Below, piece after piece: positions 39,227 through 48,147 of a stretch of 60,668 nt of DNA. A program made the translations under genes and the position numbers. This DNA is from Actinomycetota bacterium. GTDB lineage: Bacteria; Actinomycetota; Acidimicrobiia; Acidimicrobiales; SZUA-35. The stretch is from assembly GCA_039029335.1 (NCBI GenBank), contig JBCCGJ010000001.1, positions 1-60,668 on the forward strand. Direction: 5' to 3'. A model generated the notes under the pieces. It worked only from the letters and a program-made list of their open reading frames with translations, was not told the origin of the DNA and searched no databases. Positions within the stretch are counted from its first letter, which is position 1. Each line of letters opens with the position of its first letter.

Positions 39227-40102
39227 TCAGCCCCCGGTGCTGTCGCTGCGATCGTCGATGAGGTCGTTCACCTGGTCCGGGGATGGAAGGTCCTGGGCCC
39301 TGGTTGCGGCGATGGTGACGGTGACGTCGAGGTCGTCGGTGACCGGCACCGCATAGGCCGGAACCAGGAGGCGTTGATTGGACTCCCGGTCGTACCGGCT
39401 CTCCAGGATCAGTTCCGTACGACCTACCACGTCGGCGGTGGCCTCCCGCCCCACACCTTCGAGGGCCTCCTGCGGCTTGAGGAGGGGAACATCACCGAGC
39501 TCGACGGCGCTCACGAAGTGCCCACCGGCAAGGGCCAGGGCGCCGTCGCTGTTGCGGTAGTTCACCGACCAGGTGATGTCCGTGCTCACGCCGCCGACAA
39601 CCAGACTGGCCAGCACCGTGAGGCTGACATCCGGCCCGCCGTCGCCCGACACGGCAACGGTTCGGAACGAGTAGTCGGACGGGTCGAGCCCGACCGCTTC
39701 CAGCACCACCGTCGCACGTCGCAGCGCTTCGTCCCTGTCAAACGGCAGCGGCGTGCAGTCATGGCAGAACTGGTCCGTGTGATAGTCGTCGGTGGCGTAG
39801 CTCCAGGTTTTGTCGAGGTTGTCGATGATCACACCGCCGTCGCCGTTCGGACTGGTGTAGCCCCGCCGGTTCCAACCGGTTCCGTCGACCGGTCCGGTGA
39901 GGAAGGTGTCGTCGAGTGATCGGGTGTGGGGCCAGTCGAAGACCTCGGCGATGCGATCGAGTTGGGCTTGACCGTTGTCCTCGGAGAACGGCGTCGGGGT
40001 GACGAGCCAGATGGTGGCGACCTCTCGCCCGTCGGCGAAGTCATCGTCGCCGTTTGTGCAGGCGGCGGCGGTCAGCGCCGCAGCGACCGAAGCCAGGATC
40101 AT
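39227..40102 (-). CDS. Lipoprotein of unknown function
   Basis: The ATG at 40102-40100 overlaps the upstream TGA (40101-40099) as ATGA. MILASVAAALTAAAC carries a lipobox (TAAC-type). I recognised no family motif. Confidence 0.7.
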   Translation of the reverse strand: MILASVAAALTAAACTNGDDDFADGREVATIWLVTPTPFSEDNGQAQLDRIAEVFDWPHTRSLDDTFLTGPVDGTGWNRRGYTSPNGDGGVIIDNLDKTWSYATDDYHTDQFCHDCTPLPFDRDEALRRATVVLEAVGLDPSDYSFRTVAVSGDGGPDVSLTVLASLVVGGVSTDITWSVNYRNSDGALALAGGHFVSAVELGDVPLLKPQEALEGVGREATADVVGRTELILESRYDRESNQRLLVPAYAVPVTDDLDVTVTIAATRAQDLPSPDQVNDLIDDRSDSTGG

Positions 40103-42489
40103 CGTTGCCCACCGCCGTCGAGTTCGAAGAGCGCGTCCTCGGGGAGAAAGGCCGTCAACGCCGCATCGCCGTGAATGTCCGAGCGATCCGCGGTGAAGTC
40201 TCCCAGGTTGTCGAACAGCGCCGGATCGGTGTGAAACTGATGAAACAGGTTGGCGATGTACCACTGGCGTTCCTCCCAGTCGTTCCAGCGTATAGCGCCG
40301 GTTCCGGTCAGATTGACGCCGTCGTCGGTGCCCCGGCCCTCCTCGACAACGCCGCCTGCGGTGGTCAGGTAGTTGCCGTCGCCGCCGGTGGCCCAGTCCT
40401 CGACCGAGGTTGGCAGCGCCTCCATCGCGCCCGGCGGCGGGTTGTCCCAGCCCCCAAGCGCGGCGGTGACAACGTCGGCGTCCGATCCGTCCAGACCAAC
40501 GGTGAAGTCCGGGAACGCCACTGTCTGTTTGTCATCGGCGGTCGGGTCGAACGCGACCAGCGGGACCCCGATGATGGCGCTGTTGTCACCGGGCCGGGCC
40601 GGTACGTCACGGGCCAACCGGAATTCCTCGTAGTCGTCGTGTTCTGTGCCGGTTCTGATTCCCAGCGGGAGGATCATCTGATCCGTGGCGATGGCCTCGT
40701 CCCCGCCCACCAGCCAGGTCCCGCCCTGGGCGAGTGCCCGCCAGCCGTCATCGGACCAGTCGAGGTCGGTTATCTGTTCGATCCAGTGCTGGGCGCCGGC
40801 CTGCTCGAAGGTGGCCAGCAGCAGGTTGCCGGTGAAGACAAGCTCCTGACGGCGAACCGGATCGTCCTCCTCGATCGCTGCGGCGTAGTAGACAAACCCG
40901 TCCCGCATGTCCGCCTGACCCGGCCGGAAGATCGAGTGCCCGGTTCCGCCGTACCGACGGGCCGGATTGACAAACGCCGCAATGCGACCCTCGGTGATCT
41001 CCCGACCGGGCGGGAACGCGTCGAGGAACGCGGCGTACGTCGGGCCGATCGTGCCGAAGATGTACTGGTTGCCGTCCGCCGCGGCCTGTCGGTCCCCGAG
41101 GCTCGGCTCCAGGCCGAACGCGGACAGGTCGGCGGTGATGACGGGCCGTACGCCGTTCGAGGCGTGGGGCGCCATCATCGCCCAGTGGGCGCCGGAGTGG
41201 CCGACGGCCGTCGGGTCGGACGGGTCGACCAGATGGGCGTTCAGCCGGTGGTTCATCCGCTTTGCGATCTCCGCGTAGTACGCGGTGATGAGCAGGTTTC
41301 GGACTCCGCCTTCGGACTCCGGGAGGTACGAGACGACCAGCGTCTGCTCGACGAATCCGTCCGCCCCGCCTAGTGCGGCACCGGCCAGTGCCCGGAGGGC
41401 GTCGTCCTCGGCGAGACGGATGTCGAAACCGGAGGATTTGCCGGACAGGTCGTCGAAGGAGGTGGGCAGTTGTGTGACGAAGCGGTAGGCGCCGTCTGGA
41501 TCGTTGGCAAAGGCGTGCCGGTTGATCACCGCCCCGACCACATCGGTGTAGGAGACCCCGTCGTGGTACGAGCCGGTCAGGCCGGGGCCGTCGGACAGGC
41601 CCTGGTTCTCCGCCTCGGCCGCCAACTCGATGATTGGCACGTTCTGCTCCTGGATCGTCCGCAGTGGGTCGCGCCCCGCGTAGTTCACACCAAGCAGTGC
41701 AGCGAAGACGTCCGGAGGGAGGGCGTCCTCGGCCGCAGCGACTTCGCCGTAGGTGATCCGCCCGTTGCCGTCCGCGTCGACCGCCTGGAAATACTCCTGG
41801 TTCGACAGCACCCGCAGCCCCTCGTTGACGATCACGGTGGTTTCGATGTCGTTGCGGGACACGCTGACGCTGAAGCTGGGATTCGGCCCACTCATCCGAG
41901 CCACCCGGAGGAACAGATCGGGGTTCTGATATAGGTATCGGGCGGCCTGACGGACTTCGACCGGTAGCGGAGCCCGCTCGTCGCCGTCGGAGCCGCTGCC
42001 GACCGGCGCCGCACCGGTCAGAACCATGCCGGTCAGCTGATCGGCGCTCAGCGAGTTGACGCCGTTGGCCTGCATCCACCCGCCGAGCAACCGGAGCGCA
42101 TCGTCCCCGACCGGTCCGGTCGGCTGACGGTCCGCCAGCTGTTGATCCCGTGCCGCCGACAGATCGTCACCGGTCAGGTCGAGTCCGGCGACGGCGAGCG
42201 CGGCATCGATCCGGTCGGTGTCAACGGTGACCGCTCCGCCGGCGAACCGATGGGTGTGCAGCGCAACCAGGATCGTGTCGACGTAGCGGTTGTTGACCGT
42301 CGCCTCGGCCAGCAGCTCGGCGAAGGGGACGGTGGCATCCACCCCCACGTCGGCGCCGACCGCGGCCATCACCGTCGACCGGCGAAACCGTACGGTGTCC
42401 AGGATCGCCTCCAGCCGGGTGACGTAGTTCAGGCCGCCATCAACGAAGGCCTGAAGGTCGTGGGTGTCTGCTTTCACTTCGTCGGTCAT
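40099..42489 (-). CDS. Large protein of unknown function (about 796 aa) with one canonical EF-hand Ca2+-binding loop and no signal peptide
   Basis: This is the only one of the overlapping ORFs with a protein-like composition. EF-hand loop DADGNGRITYGE at nt 41743-41778. The start is ambiguous: an ATG at 42489 (MTDEVKADTHDLQAF...), an ATG at 42555, or the longest ORF from 42597. Confidence 0.75.
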   Translation of the reverse strand: MTDEVKADTHDLQAFVDGGLNYVTRLEAILDTVRFRRSTVMAAVGADVGVDATVPFAELLAEATVNNRYVDTILVALHTHRFAGGAVTVDTDRIDAALAVAGLDLTGDDLSAARDQQLADRQPTGPVGDDALRLLGGWMQANGVNSLSADQLTGMVLTGAAPVGSGSDGDERAPLPVEVRQAARYLYQNPDLFLRVARMSGPNPSFSVSVSRNDIETTVIVNEGLRVLSNQEYFQAVDADGNGRITYGEVAAAEDALPPDVFAALLGVNYAGRDPLRTIQEQNVPIIELAAEAENQGLSDGPGLTGSYHDGVSYTDVVGAVINRHAFANDPDGAYRFVTQLPTSFDDLSGKSSGFDIRLAEDDALRALAGAALGGADGFVEQTLVVSYLPESEGGVRNLLITAYYAEIAKRMNHRLNAHLVDPSDPTAVGHSGAHWAMMAPHASNGVRPVITADLSAFGLEPSLGDRQAAADGNQYIFGTIGPTYAAFLDAFPPGREITEGRIAAFVNPARRYGGTGHSIFRPGQADMRDGFVYYAAAIEEDDPVRRQELVFTGNLLLATFEQAGAQHWIEQITDLDWSDDGWRALAQGGTWLVGGDEAIATDQMILPLGIRTGTEHDDYEEFRLARDVPARPGDNSAIIGVPLVAFDPTADDKQTVAFPDFTVGLDGSDADVVTAALGGWDNPPPGAMEALPTSVEDWATGGDGNYLTTAGGVVEEGRGTDDGVNLTGTGAIRWNDWEERQWYIANLFHQFHTDPALFDNLGDFTADRSDIHGDAALTAFLPEDALFELDGGGQR

Positions 42490-42698
42490 ACGCCCCGGTG
42501 CCCCGCGATCGAACTGGTTCGAGCCATTCTCCAACGGCTCGGTCCGAGCGACCATGGGGACCGGTCCCCGCGGCCCTCGATCACGGTCGCCCGGCACCGC
42601 CAGTTCGCCCGGGTGCCGCCGTCCGTGGAAAACTGGCTGGCCTCGGGGCAGTGTCGGGCCCCGTCGCCGGCTCGCCGGCAGGTGAAGAGGGAGTTGTC

Positions 42699-45600
42699 AT
42701 GTCACTGGTTGACTTCAAACTCGAGGACCGCTTCGGGATGGACGAGGGCGACGTCGCCATGTCCGGCGTCCAAGCGCTGCTGCGGGTCCTCCTCGACCAA
42801 CTCCGGGCCGACCGGCGGGACGGTTTGAACAACGCCGCCATGGTGTCCGGCTACCGGGGGTCTCCCCTTGGGGGGATGGACAGCCTGTTCCTCGGCAACA
42901 AGGCGGAGTTGGACGCCAACAACGTCACGTTCATCCCCGGCCTCAACGAGGACCTCGGTGCCACCGCCGTGTGGGGCAGTCAGCTGGCCAACTACAACTG
43001 GGAGGGCCGCTACGACGGGGTGCTTGGCATGTGGTATGGCAAGGCCCCCGGCGTCGACCGCTCCGGTGACGCCATCCGCCACGCCAACGTCTCCGGTGTC
43101 GACCCGAACGGCGGCGTGCTCCTGGTGGCGGGCGACGACCCGGCCTCCAAGTCCTCAACGCTCACCGCCGAGTCCGAGTTCATCCTGGTCCACTTCGAGA
43201 CCCCGATCTTCTACCCCGGCAGTGTCCAGGAGGTGGCCGACTTCGGCCGCTGGGGGTATGCGCTCTCCCGCTACAGCGGCCTGTGGTCCTCCATCAAGAT
43301 CGTCACCAACGTGGCGGACGGCTACTCGACCATCAGGGTCGGTCCCGGCCGGGTCCGCCCCTCACGCCCGGCTTGGGAGTGGAACGGTAAGCCGTGGGCC
43401 CACAGCCAGGAGGATCGGCTGTTCGGCCCGCTTGCGGTGGCCATGGAGCGGGAGGTGTACGAGGGCCGCATCGAGGCCGCAAAACACTTCATCGCCCACA
43501 ACGACCTGAACAAGCAAACCGTCGACACCTCGGATGCGAAGCTGGGCATCGTCGCCGCCGGCAAGACCTACTACGACGTGCGGGCGGCGCTGGACAAGCT
43601 CGGCCTCGACGAGGGGGCGCTTCGCAGCCGTGGGGTGCGGATCTTCAAGCCGGCCGTCGTCTGGCCCCTTGAGGAGCGTGGCCTCCGCCGCTTCGCCGAG
43701 GGCCTGGACACCATCGTCATCGTCGAGGAGAAGCGGGCGTTCATCGAAACCCTGGCTCGGGAGGCGCTGTACGGCATGCCGAACGCGCCGCGGATCCTCG
43801 GCAAACGGCACGCCGACGGGTCGCTGTGGTTCCCCGGTTACGGCGAGATGGACGCGGACGGCATCACCAAGCTGCTCCGGCCGTTCCTTGTCGAACAGTT
43901 CGGTGAGGCGGCGGTGGCCCCGGCCGAGCGGGAGCGGGTGATGATCCCCCTGATCGGCTCGAAGGCCGGAACCTCGGCAAACCGGGCCGCCGGGTTCTGC
44001 TCCGGCTGCCCGCACAACACTTCAACCTGGGTTCCCGAAGGGTCCGAGGCCGGTGGCGGTATCGGCTGTCATGGCATGGCGGGCACCACACCGGACCGCA
44101 ACACAAAAGGCACCAGCCAGATGGGTGGTGAGGGGATCGCCTGGGTCGGGGCGGCGCCGTTTGTGACGCTGGAGCATCGGTTCCAGAACATCGGTGACGG
44201 GACCTACCATCACTCCGGCAGCCTGGCTCTTCGTCAAGCGGTGGCGGCGGGGACAAACATCACCTACAAAATCCTCTACAACGGCGCCGTGGCGATGACC
44301 GGTGGGCAGGACGTCGACGGCCAGATGCAGGTCCCCGAGCTGACCCGGTCGATCCACGCAGAGGGTGTGGCCAAGATCATGGTGGTCACCGACGACCCGA
44401 AGAAGTACCCGTCCGACGCCAACTTCGCCCTGGGTACCGACATTTGGCACCGCTCCCGCATGGATGAGGCCCAGCGCCTCCTGCGGGATGTCCGCGGCTG
44501 CACCGTGCTGATCTACGACCAGGCCTGCGCCGCCGAACTCCGGCGGGACCGTAAGCGGGGCAAGATCGCCGACCCGGCGATGCGGATCTTCATCAACGAG
44601 GCGGTTTGTGAGGGGTGCGGGGACTGCGGTGTGAAGTCCAGCTGCCTCTCGGTCCAGCCGGTCGAGACCGAGTTCGGCCGCAAGACCCGGATTCATCAGT
44701 CGTCCTGCAACAAGGACTACACGTGTGTTGAAGGGGACTGCCCGGCTTTTGTCGAGGTCATCCCCGATCCGAACGCGGTCAAGAAGGCGACGGTCCCGTT
44801 CGACCCGATCGGCCGGGACGATCTCCCGGAGCCCGATCGCATCGATGAGGGTGACGTCCTCATGATGGGTATCGGCGGCACCGGCGTGGTGACCGTCAAC
44901 CAGTTGTTGGCGACGGCGGCGCTGTTGGATGGGAAGCGGGCCGATGGGCTCGACCAGACCGGCCTTTCCCAGAAGGGCGGTTCGGTCATCTCCAACCTGA
45001 AGATTCGGCGAACCGGTGATGGCGACAGTGCCGCGACGACCGCTGACGGCGCGTTGGTCAACGACGGCATCGCCAACAAGGTGTCCACCGGCGAGGCCGA
45101 CGCCTACCTGGTGTTCGACGTGCTGACCGGTACCAGTGACGTAAACCTGGAGAAGACCGACCCGAACCGTACGGTTGCCATCGTCTCCTCCAGCAAGGTG
45201 CCGACCGGTTCGATGGTGCGGGACACCAGCGCCGCGTTCCCGGAGTGGGCGGCGCTCCAGGCCAGGATCGACGCAACGACGGCTGCGGACAGGAATGTCT
45301 ACTTCGATGCGGGCACTGTCTCCGACTCCCTGTTCCGGTCCCACATGCCGGCCAACGTGATCGTGCTGGGGGCCGGGTATCAGCAGGGTGTGATCCCGAT
45401 CTCGGCGGACGCCATCGAGCGGGCCATCGAGCTGAACGGTGTTGCCGTCGAGTCGAACATCCAGGCGTTCCGCATCGGCCGGAAGATCGCCATGGACCCG
45501 TCCTGGATCGAGGCGATGGGATTGACCGGAGCCGGAGATGGCAAGGGCCGTGCGGCCGCCCGCGCCGAGCGACGCCGGTCGAAGGTGGCGGACAAGCTCA

Positions 45601-46232
45601 TCGCCGAGGTCGCGGACCCCTCCGCAGAGCTGACCCGGTTGCTGGGAATCCGGGTTCCGGACCTGATCGACTATCAGGACGCAGCCTACGCCAGGCGCTA
45701 CGTGGCCAAGGTGGCGCAGGTCCGGGCCGCCGAGTCGGCGGTCGGGGACGACACCCGGCTGTCCGAAGCAGTCGCCCGGTACCTCTACAAGTTGATGGCC
45801 TACAAGGACGAGTACGAGGTCGCCCGGCTCCACCGGTCGTCCTCGTTCAAGGATGCGTTGGCCGAACAGTTCGGTGACGGGGCGACGATCACCTACAAGC
45901 TGCACCCGCCGACGATGCGCCGGCTGGGGTATGACTCCAAGATCGGCCTCGGGCGGTCCGGCGAGATGGCCTTTGCCGCCCTCGCCAGGATGAAGCGGTT
46001 GCGGGGGACGGTTCTCGATCCGTTCGGCCGAACGGGGCACCGCAGACTGGAGCGGGAGCTGATCGACGAGTACGAGGCCATGGTGGACAAGGTCCTCGAC
46101 GGTTTAGCCGCGGGCAACATGGACCGGGCGGTCGAGGTGGCCGAACTGCCGGACGGTGTCCGGGGATACGAGGGCATCAAAGAGGACAACGTCGCTGAGT
46201 TTCGCTCCAAGGCGCAGCAGTTGCTGAAGTAG
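42699..46232 (+). CDS. Fused indolepyruvate:ferredoxin oxidoreductase family protein (IorA-IorB fusion)
   Basis: ATG at 42699 after GAAGAGGGA. MSGVQALLRVLLDQ..., SGYRGSPLGG, a ThDP site GIGCHGM..., a 4Fe-4S cluster motif CEGCGDCGVKSSC...CNKDYTCVEGDCP, and an IorB-like C-terminal half. Confidence 0.9.
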   Translation: MSLVDFKLEDRFGMDEGDVAMSGVQALLRVLLDQLRADRRDGLNNAAMVSGYRGSPLGGMDSLFLGNKAELDANNVTFIPGLNEDLGATAVWGSQLANYNWEGRYDGVLGMWYGKAPGVDRSGDAIRHANVSGVDPNGGVLLVAGDDPASKSSTLTAESEFILVHFETPIFYPGSVQEVADFGRWGYALSRYSGLWSSIKIVTNVADGYSTIRVGPGRVRPSRPAWEWNGKPWAHSQEDRLFGPLAVAMEREVYEGRIEAAKHFIAHNDLNKQTVDTSDAKLGIVAAGKTYYDVRAALDKLGLDEGALRSRGVRIFKPAVVWPLEERGLRRFAEGLDTIVIVEEKRAFIETLAREALYGMPNAPRILGKRHADGSLWFPGYGEMDADGITKLLRPFLVEQFGEAAVAPAERERVMIPLIGSKAGTSANRAAGFCSGCPHNTSTWVPEGSEAGGGIGCHGMAGTTPDRNTKGTSQMGGEGIAWVGAAPFVTLEHRFQNIGDGTYHHSGSLALRQAVAAGTNITYKILYNGAVAMTGGQDVDGQMQVPELTRSIHAEGVAKIMVVTDDPKKYPSDANFALGTDIWHRSRMDEAQRLLRDVRGCTVLIYDQACAAELRRDRKRGKIADPAMRIFINEAVCEGCGDCGVKSSCLSVQPVETEFGRKTRIHQSSCNKDYTCVEGDCPAFVEVIPDPNAVKKATVPFDPIGRDDLPEPDRIDEGDVLMMGIGGTGVVTVNQLLATAALLDGKRADGLDQTGLSQKGGSVISNLKIRRTGDGDSAATTADGALVNDGIANKVSTGEADAYLVFDVLTGTSDVNLEKTDPNRTVAIVSSSKVPTGSMVRDTSAAFPEWAALQARIDATTAADRNVYFDAGTVSDSLFRSHMPANVIVLGAGYQQGVIPISADAIERAIELNGVAVESNIQAFRIGRKIAMDPSWIEAMGLTGAGDGKGRAAARAERRRSKVADKLIAEVADPSAELTRLLGIRVPDLIDYQDAAYARRYVAKVAQVRAAESAVGDDTRLSEAVARYLYKLMAYKDEYEVARLHRSSSFKDALAEQFGDGATITYKLHPPTMRRLGYDSKIGLGRSGEMAFAALARMKRLRGTVLDPFGRTGHRRLERELIDEYEAMVDKVLDGLAAGNMDRAVEVAELPDGVRGYEGIKEDNVAEFRSKAQQLLK

Positions 46233-46302
46233 CCCCGGATCAGCGGAAACTCGCCACCGGAGGACCGATCCGGCGGGGAGCAATCGGATACCGTTCTGCG
46301 GA

Positions 46303-47784
46303 ATGGCAGATGATCCCGTTGCGCTCGGCATTGACATCGGCACCGGCTCAACCAAGGTGGGGCTGGTGACGGCCGACGGTGACCTCGTGGCGGTCGGGCG
46401 GTCGGAACACCCCATCGAGGAGCCGCACCCGGGTTGGTCCGAAACCGATCCGGCCCGGTGGCTCATATCGACCTGGACGGCGGCGGCCGACGCACTGGCC
46501 GCCGGCCGGGATTCGGGCATGACACCACGGGTGATGGCCATCGGCCTCTCCGGGCAGATGCACGGGGTGGTGTTGGCCGACGACCGGGGCCGAGCGTTGC
46601 GGCCGGCGATCCTCTGGTCGGATCGGCGGTCCGAGCCGATTCTCGATCAACTCCGAGCCGACCTGGATTCGGCGTTCGGGGGCGATGCCGGGTCGAGGCT
46701 CGCCAACCCGGTCGTTGCCGGTATGGCCGGTCCGACCGTTGCCGCACTCGACCGGGCCGGATCGGACAACGGGCCGTCCGCACTCCCCGCAGGGACCGCG
46801 ATGATGCTGCAGCCGAAGGACTGGGTCCGGTTCCAACTGACCGGGGTTTTGGCAACAGATCCGTCTGACGCATCGGCAACGCTGCTGTGGGATGTGGCCG
46901 CTGATCGGTGGTCAGCGGAGGCTGCGGCGGTGTTCGGGGTCAACCCGTCGTGGTTGCCGCCGGTGCTGCCGTCCGCCTCGGTCGGCGGTCTGCTTCTGGC
47001 CGAGTCGGCGACAAAGCTGGGCCTGCAGGCGGGACTTCCGGTTGCGGTCGGGGCGGCGGACACCGCGGCCGCGCTTCTGGGTGCGGGCATCGGACCGGGG
47101 GAGACCCAGGTGTCGATCGGTACCGGTGGCCAGATCGCCCAACCGGTCGCCGAACCGCGCATCGACCGGTCCGGGAGGACGCACCTCTTCCGGGCGGCCA
47201 CGCTCCGGCCGGACGATCCGTCGCAATGGTATGCGATGGCGGCCATGCAGAACGTGGGGATCGTCAACGCCTGGGCCCGATCGATCTTTGCGGTCGGTGA
47301 CCAGGAGCTCGAGACGATCATGACATCGGCGGGGCGGGCGGAGCAGGCGGAGGAGACCGGTTCGACCGGCCGCTCGGTGCGGTTCCAGCCGTACCTGACG
47401 GGGGAGCGGACCCCCCACATCGACGCAACGCTCACCGGGGGCGTCACCGGTTTGCGGACCTCGACAACCCGGGAGGAGCTGATCCGGGCCGTGTATCGGG
47501 GTGTGGCGGACGCCATCGGCGATGGCCGACGGGCGCTGACCGAGGCCGGGGTCGAGGTCACCGAGGCCCTGCTTGCCGGCGGCGGATCACTCGCACCGTG
47601 GTGGCGGCAGCTGCTGGCCGACGCACTCGGGGTCACCCTCGTCCCCCACAACGTGGCGGATGCGTCGGTCCGGGGTGCCGGACTGCTTGGTTGGGCCGGA
47701 CTGGGCCGGGTCATCGACCCGCGGGCCGGTGTGGCCACCGACACCACGATTCACCGGCCTCGCCCCCACCAGCCGGTGCACTGA
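46303..47784 (+). CDS. FGGY-family carbohydrate kinase (xylulokinase-like)
   Basis: LGIDIGTGSTKVGL, GLSGQMHGVVLAD, PAILWSDRRS, and C-terminal GGGS...W.Q..AD motifs. Confidence 0.85.
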   Translation: MADDPVALGIDIGTGSTKVGLVTADGDLVAVGRSEHPIEEPHPGWSETDPARWLISTWTAAADALAAGRDSGMTPRVMAIGLSGQMHGVVLADDRGRALRPAILWSDRRSEPILDQLRADLDSAFGGDAGSRLANPVVAGMAGPTVAALDRAGSDNGPSALPAGTAMMLQPKDWVRFQLTGVLATDPSDASATLLWDVAADRWSAEAAAVFGVNPSWLPPVLPSASVGGLLLAESATKLGLQAGLPVAVGAADTAAALLGAGIGPGETQVSIGTGGQIAQPVAEPRIDRSGRTHLFRAATLRPDDPSQWYAMAAMQNVGIVNAWARSIFAVGDQELETIMTSAGRAEQAEETGSTGRSVRFQPYLTGERTPHIDATLTGGVTGLRTSTTREELIRAVYRGVADAIGDGRRALTEAGVEVTEALLAGGGSLAPWWRQLLADALGVTLVPHNVADASVRGAGLLGWAGLGRVIDPRAGVATDTTIHRPRPHQPVH

Positions 47785-47877
47785 CAAAAAGTCGCCAGCC
47801 TCATCCAGCCCACGGACCGGCCGATCTAAGGTTATGGCCCGGAAAGCCCCGGCTCCGCCGACACCGGGAACAACACC

Positions 47878-48147
47878 GTGATCCCAATCCTGCTCCTCGA
47901 CCTGGCGGGTGTGCTGTTGGTCATCGGGTACGTGCTGCTCGACCGCCACCAGAACCGCCCCATCGAACCGACCGGATCCGACCGCGCCGAGCCGTCCGTG
48001 ACCCCTGACGTGATGCCGTCGCTGCCGGTTGAGCCGATCATCGCCCAACGACCGCAGGAACACGACGAGCCTCGTCGGATCCGTCGACCGAACCGGACGC
48101 CGAGGCGCTCGCCGGCCTCCGAGGTCAGCCGCTCTGACGAAGCTTGA
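47878..48147 (+). CDS. Hypothetical small membrane protein (one N-terminal TM helix, Pro/Arg-rich tail)
   Basis: GTG start. Third-codon-position G+C is strongly elevated, as in the neighbouring real genes. It fills an otherwise 340-nt gap. The last 23 nt overlap the convergent CoA-ligase gene. I recognised no family. Confidence 0.4.
   Translation: MIPILLLDLAGVLLVIGYVLLDRHQNRPIEPTGSDRAEPSVTPDVMPSLPVEPIIAQRPQEHDEPRRIRRPNRTPRRSPASEVSRSDEA

Noticed and set aside
38501-39356. Plus-strand ORFs 38501-38839 and 38508-39356
   Set aside because: They are antisense to the GNAT acetyltransferase gene, which has a clear acetyl-CoA-binding motif. Their translations are Arg/Pro/Gly-rich.
42498-42698. N-terminal extensions implied by the longest-ORF calls: 42498-42698 (IOR), 52351-52713 (BNR membrane protein), 52872-53006 (ECF sigma), 16630-16758 (GT4), 15494-15577 (PPTase), 40103-40264 (lipoprotein), 28631-28711 (GT4), 30154-30201 (lipoprotein) and 36657-36767 (CobT)
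   Set aside because: In each case an internal ATG or GTG gives one or more of the following: a Shine-Dalgarno-like motif, an overlap of the stop/start type (ATGA, GTGA or TAGTG), a proper signal peptide or lipobox, or the family's normal N-terminus. The extensions are Arg/Pro-rich or overlap the upstream gene.
44022-46040. Long ORFs that overlap called genes on the opposite strand or in another frame: 44022-46040 (672 aa), 40748-42079 (443 aa), 40054-41373 (439 aa), 33966-35432 (488 aa), 46647-47747 (366 aa), 12931-14385 (484 aa), 16954-18306 (450 aa), 11720-12787 (355 aa), 10311-11576 (421 aa), 4012-5286 (424 aa), 48578-49876 (432 aa), 53086-53964 (292 aa) and others
   Set aside because: All are Arg/Gly/Pro/Ala-dominated, as is typical of off-frame translation of high-GC coding DNA, and none shows a family motif. 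Each overlaps a frame with clear domain signatures.
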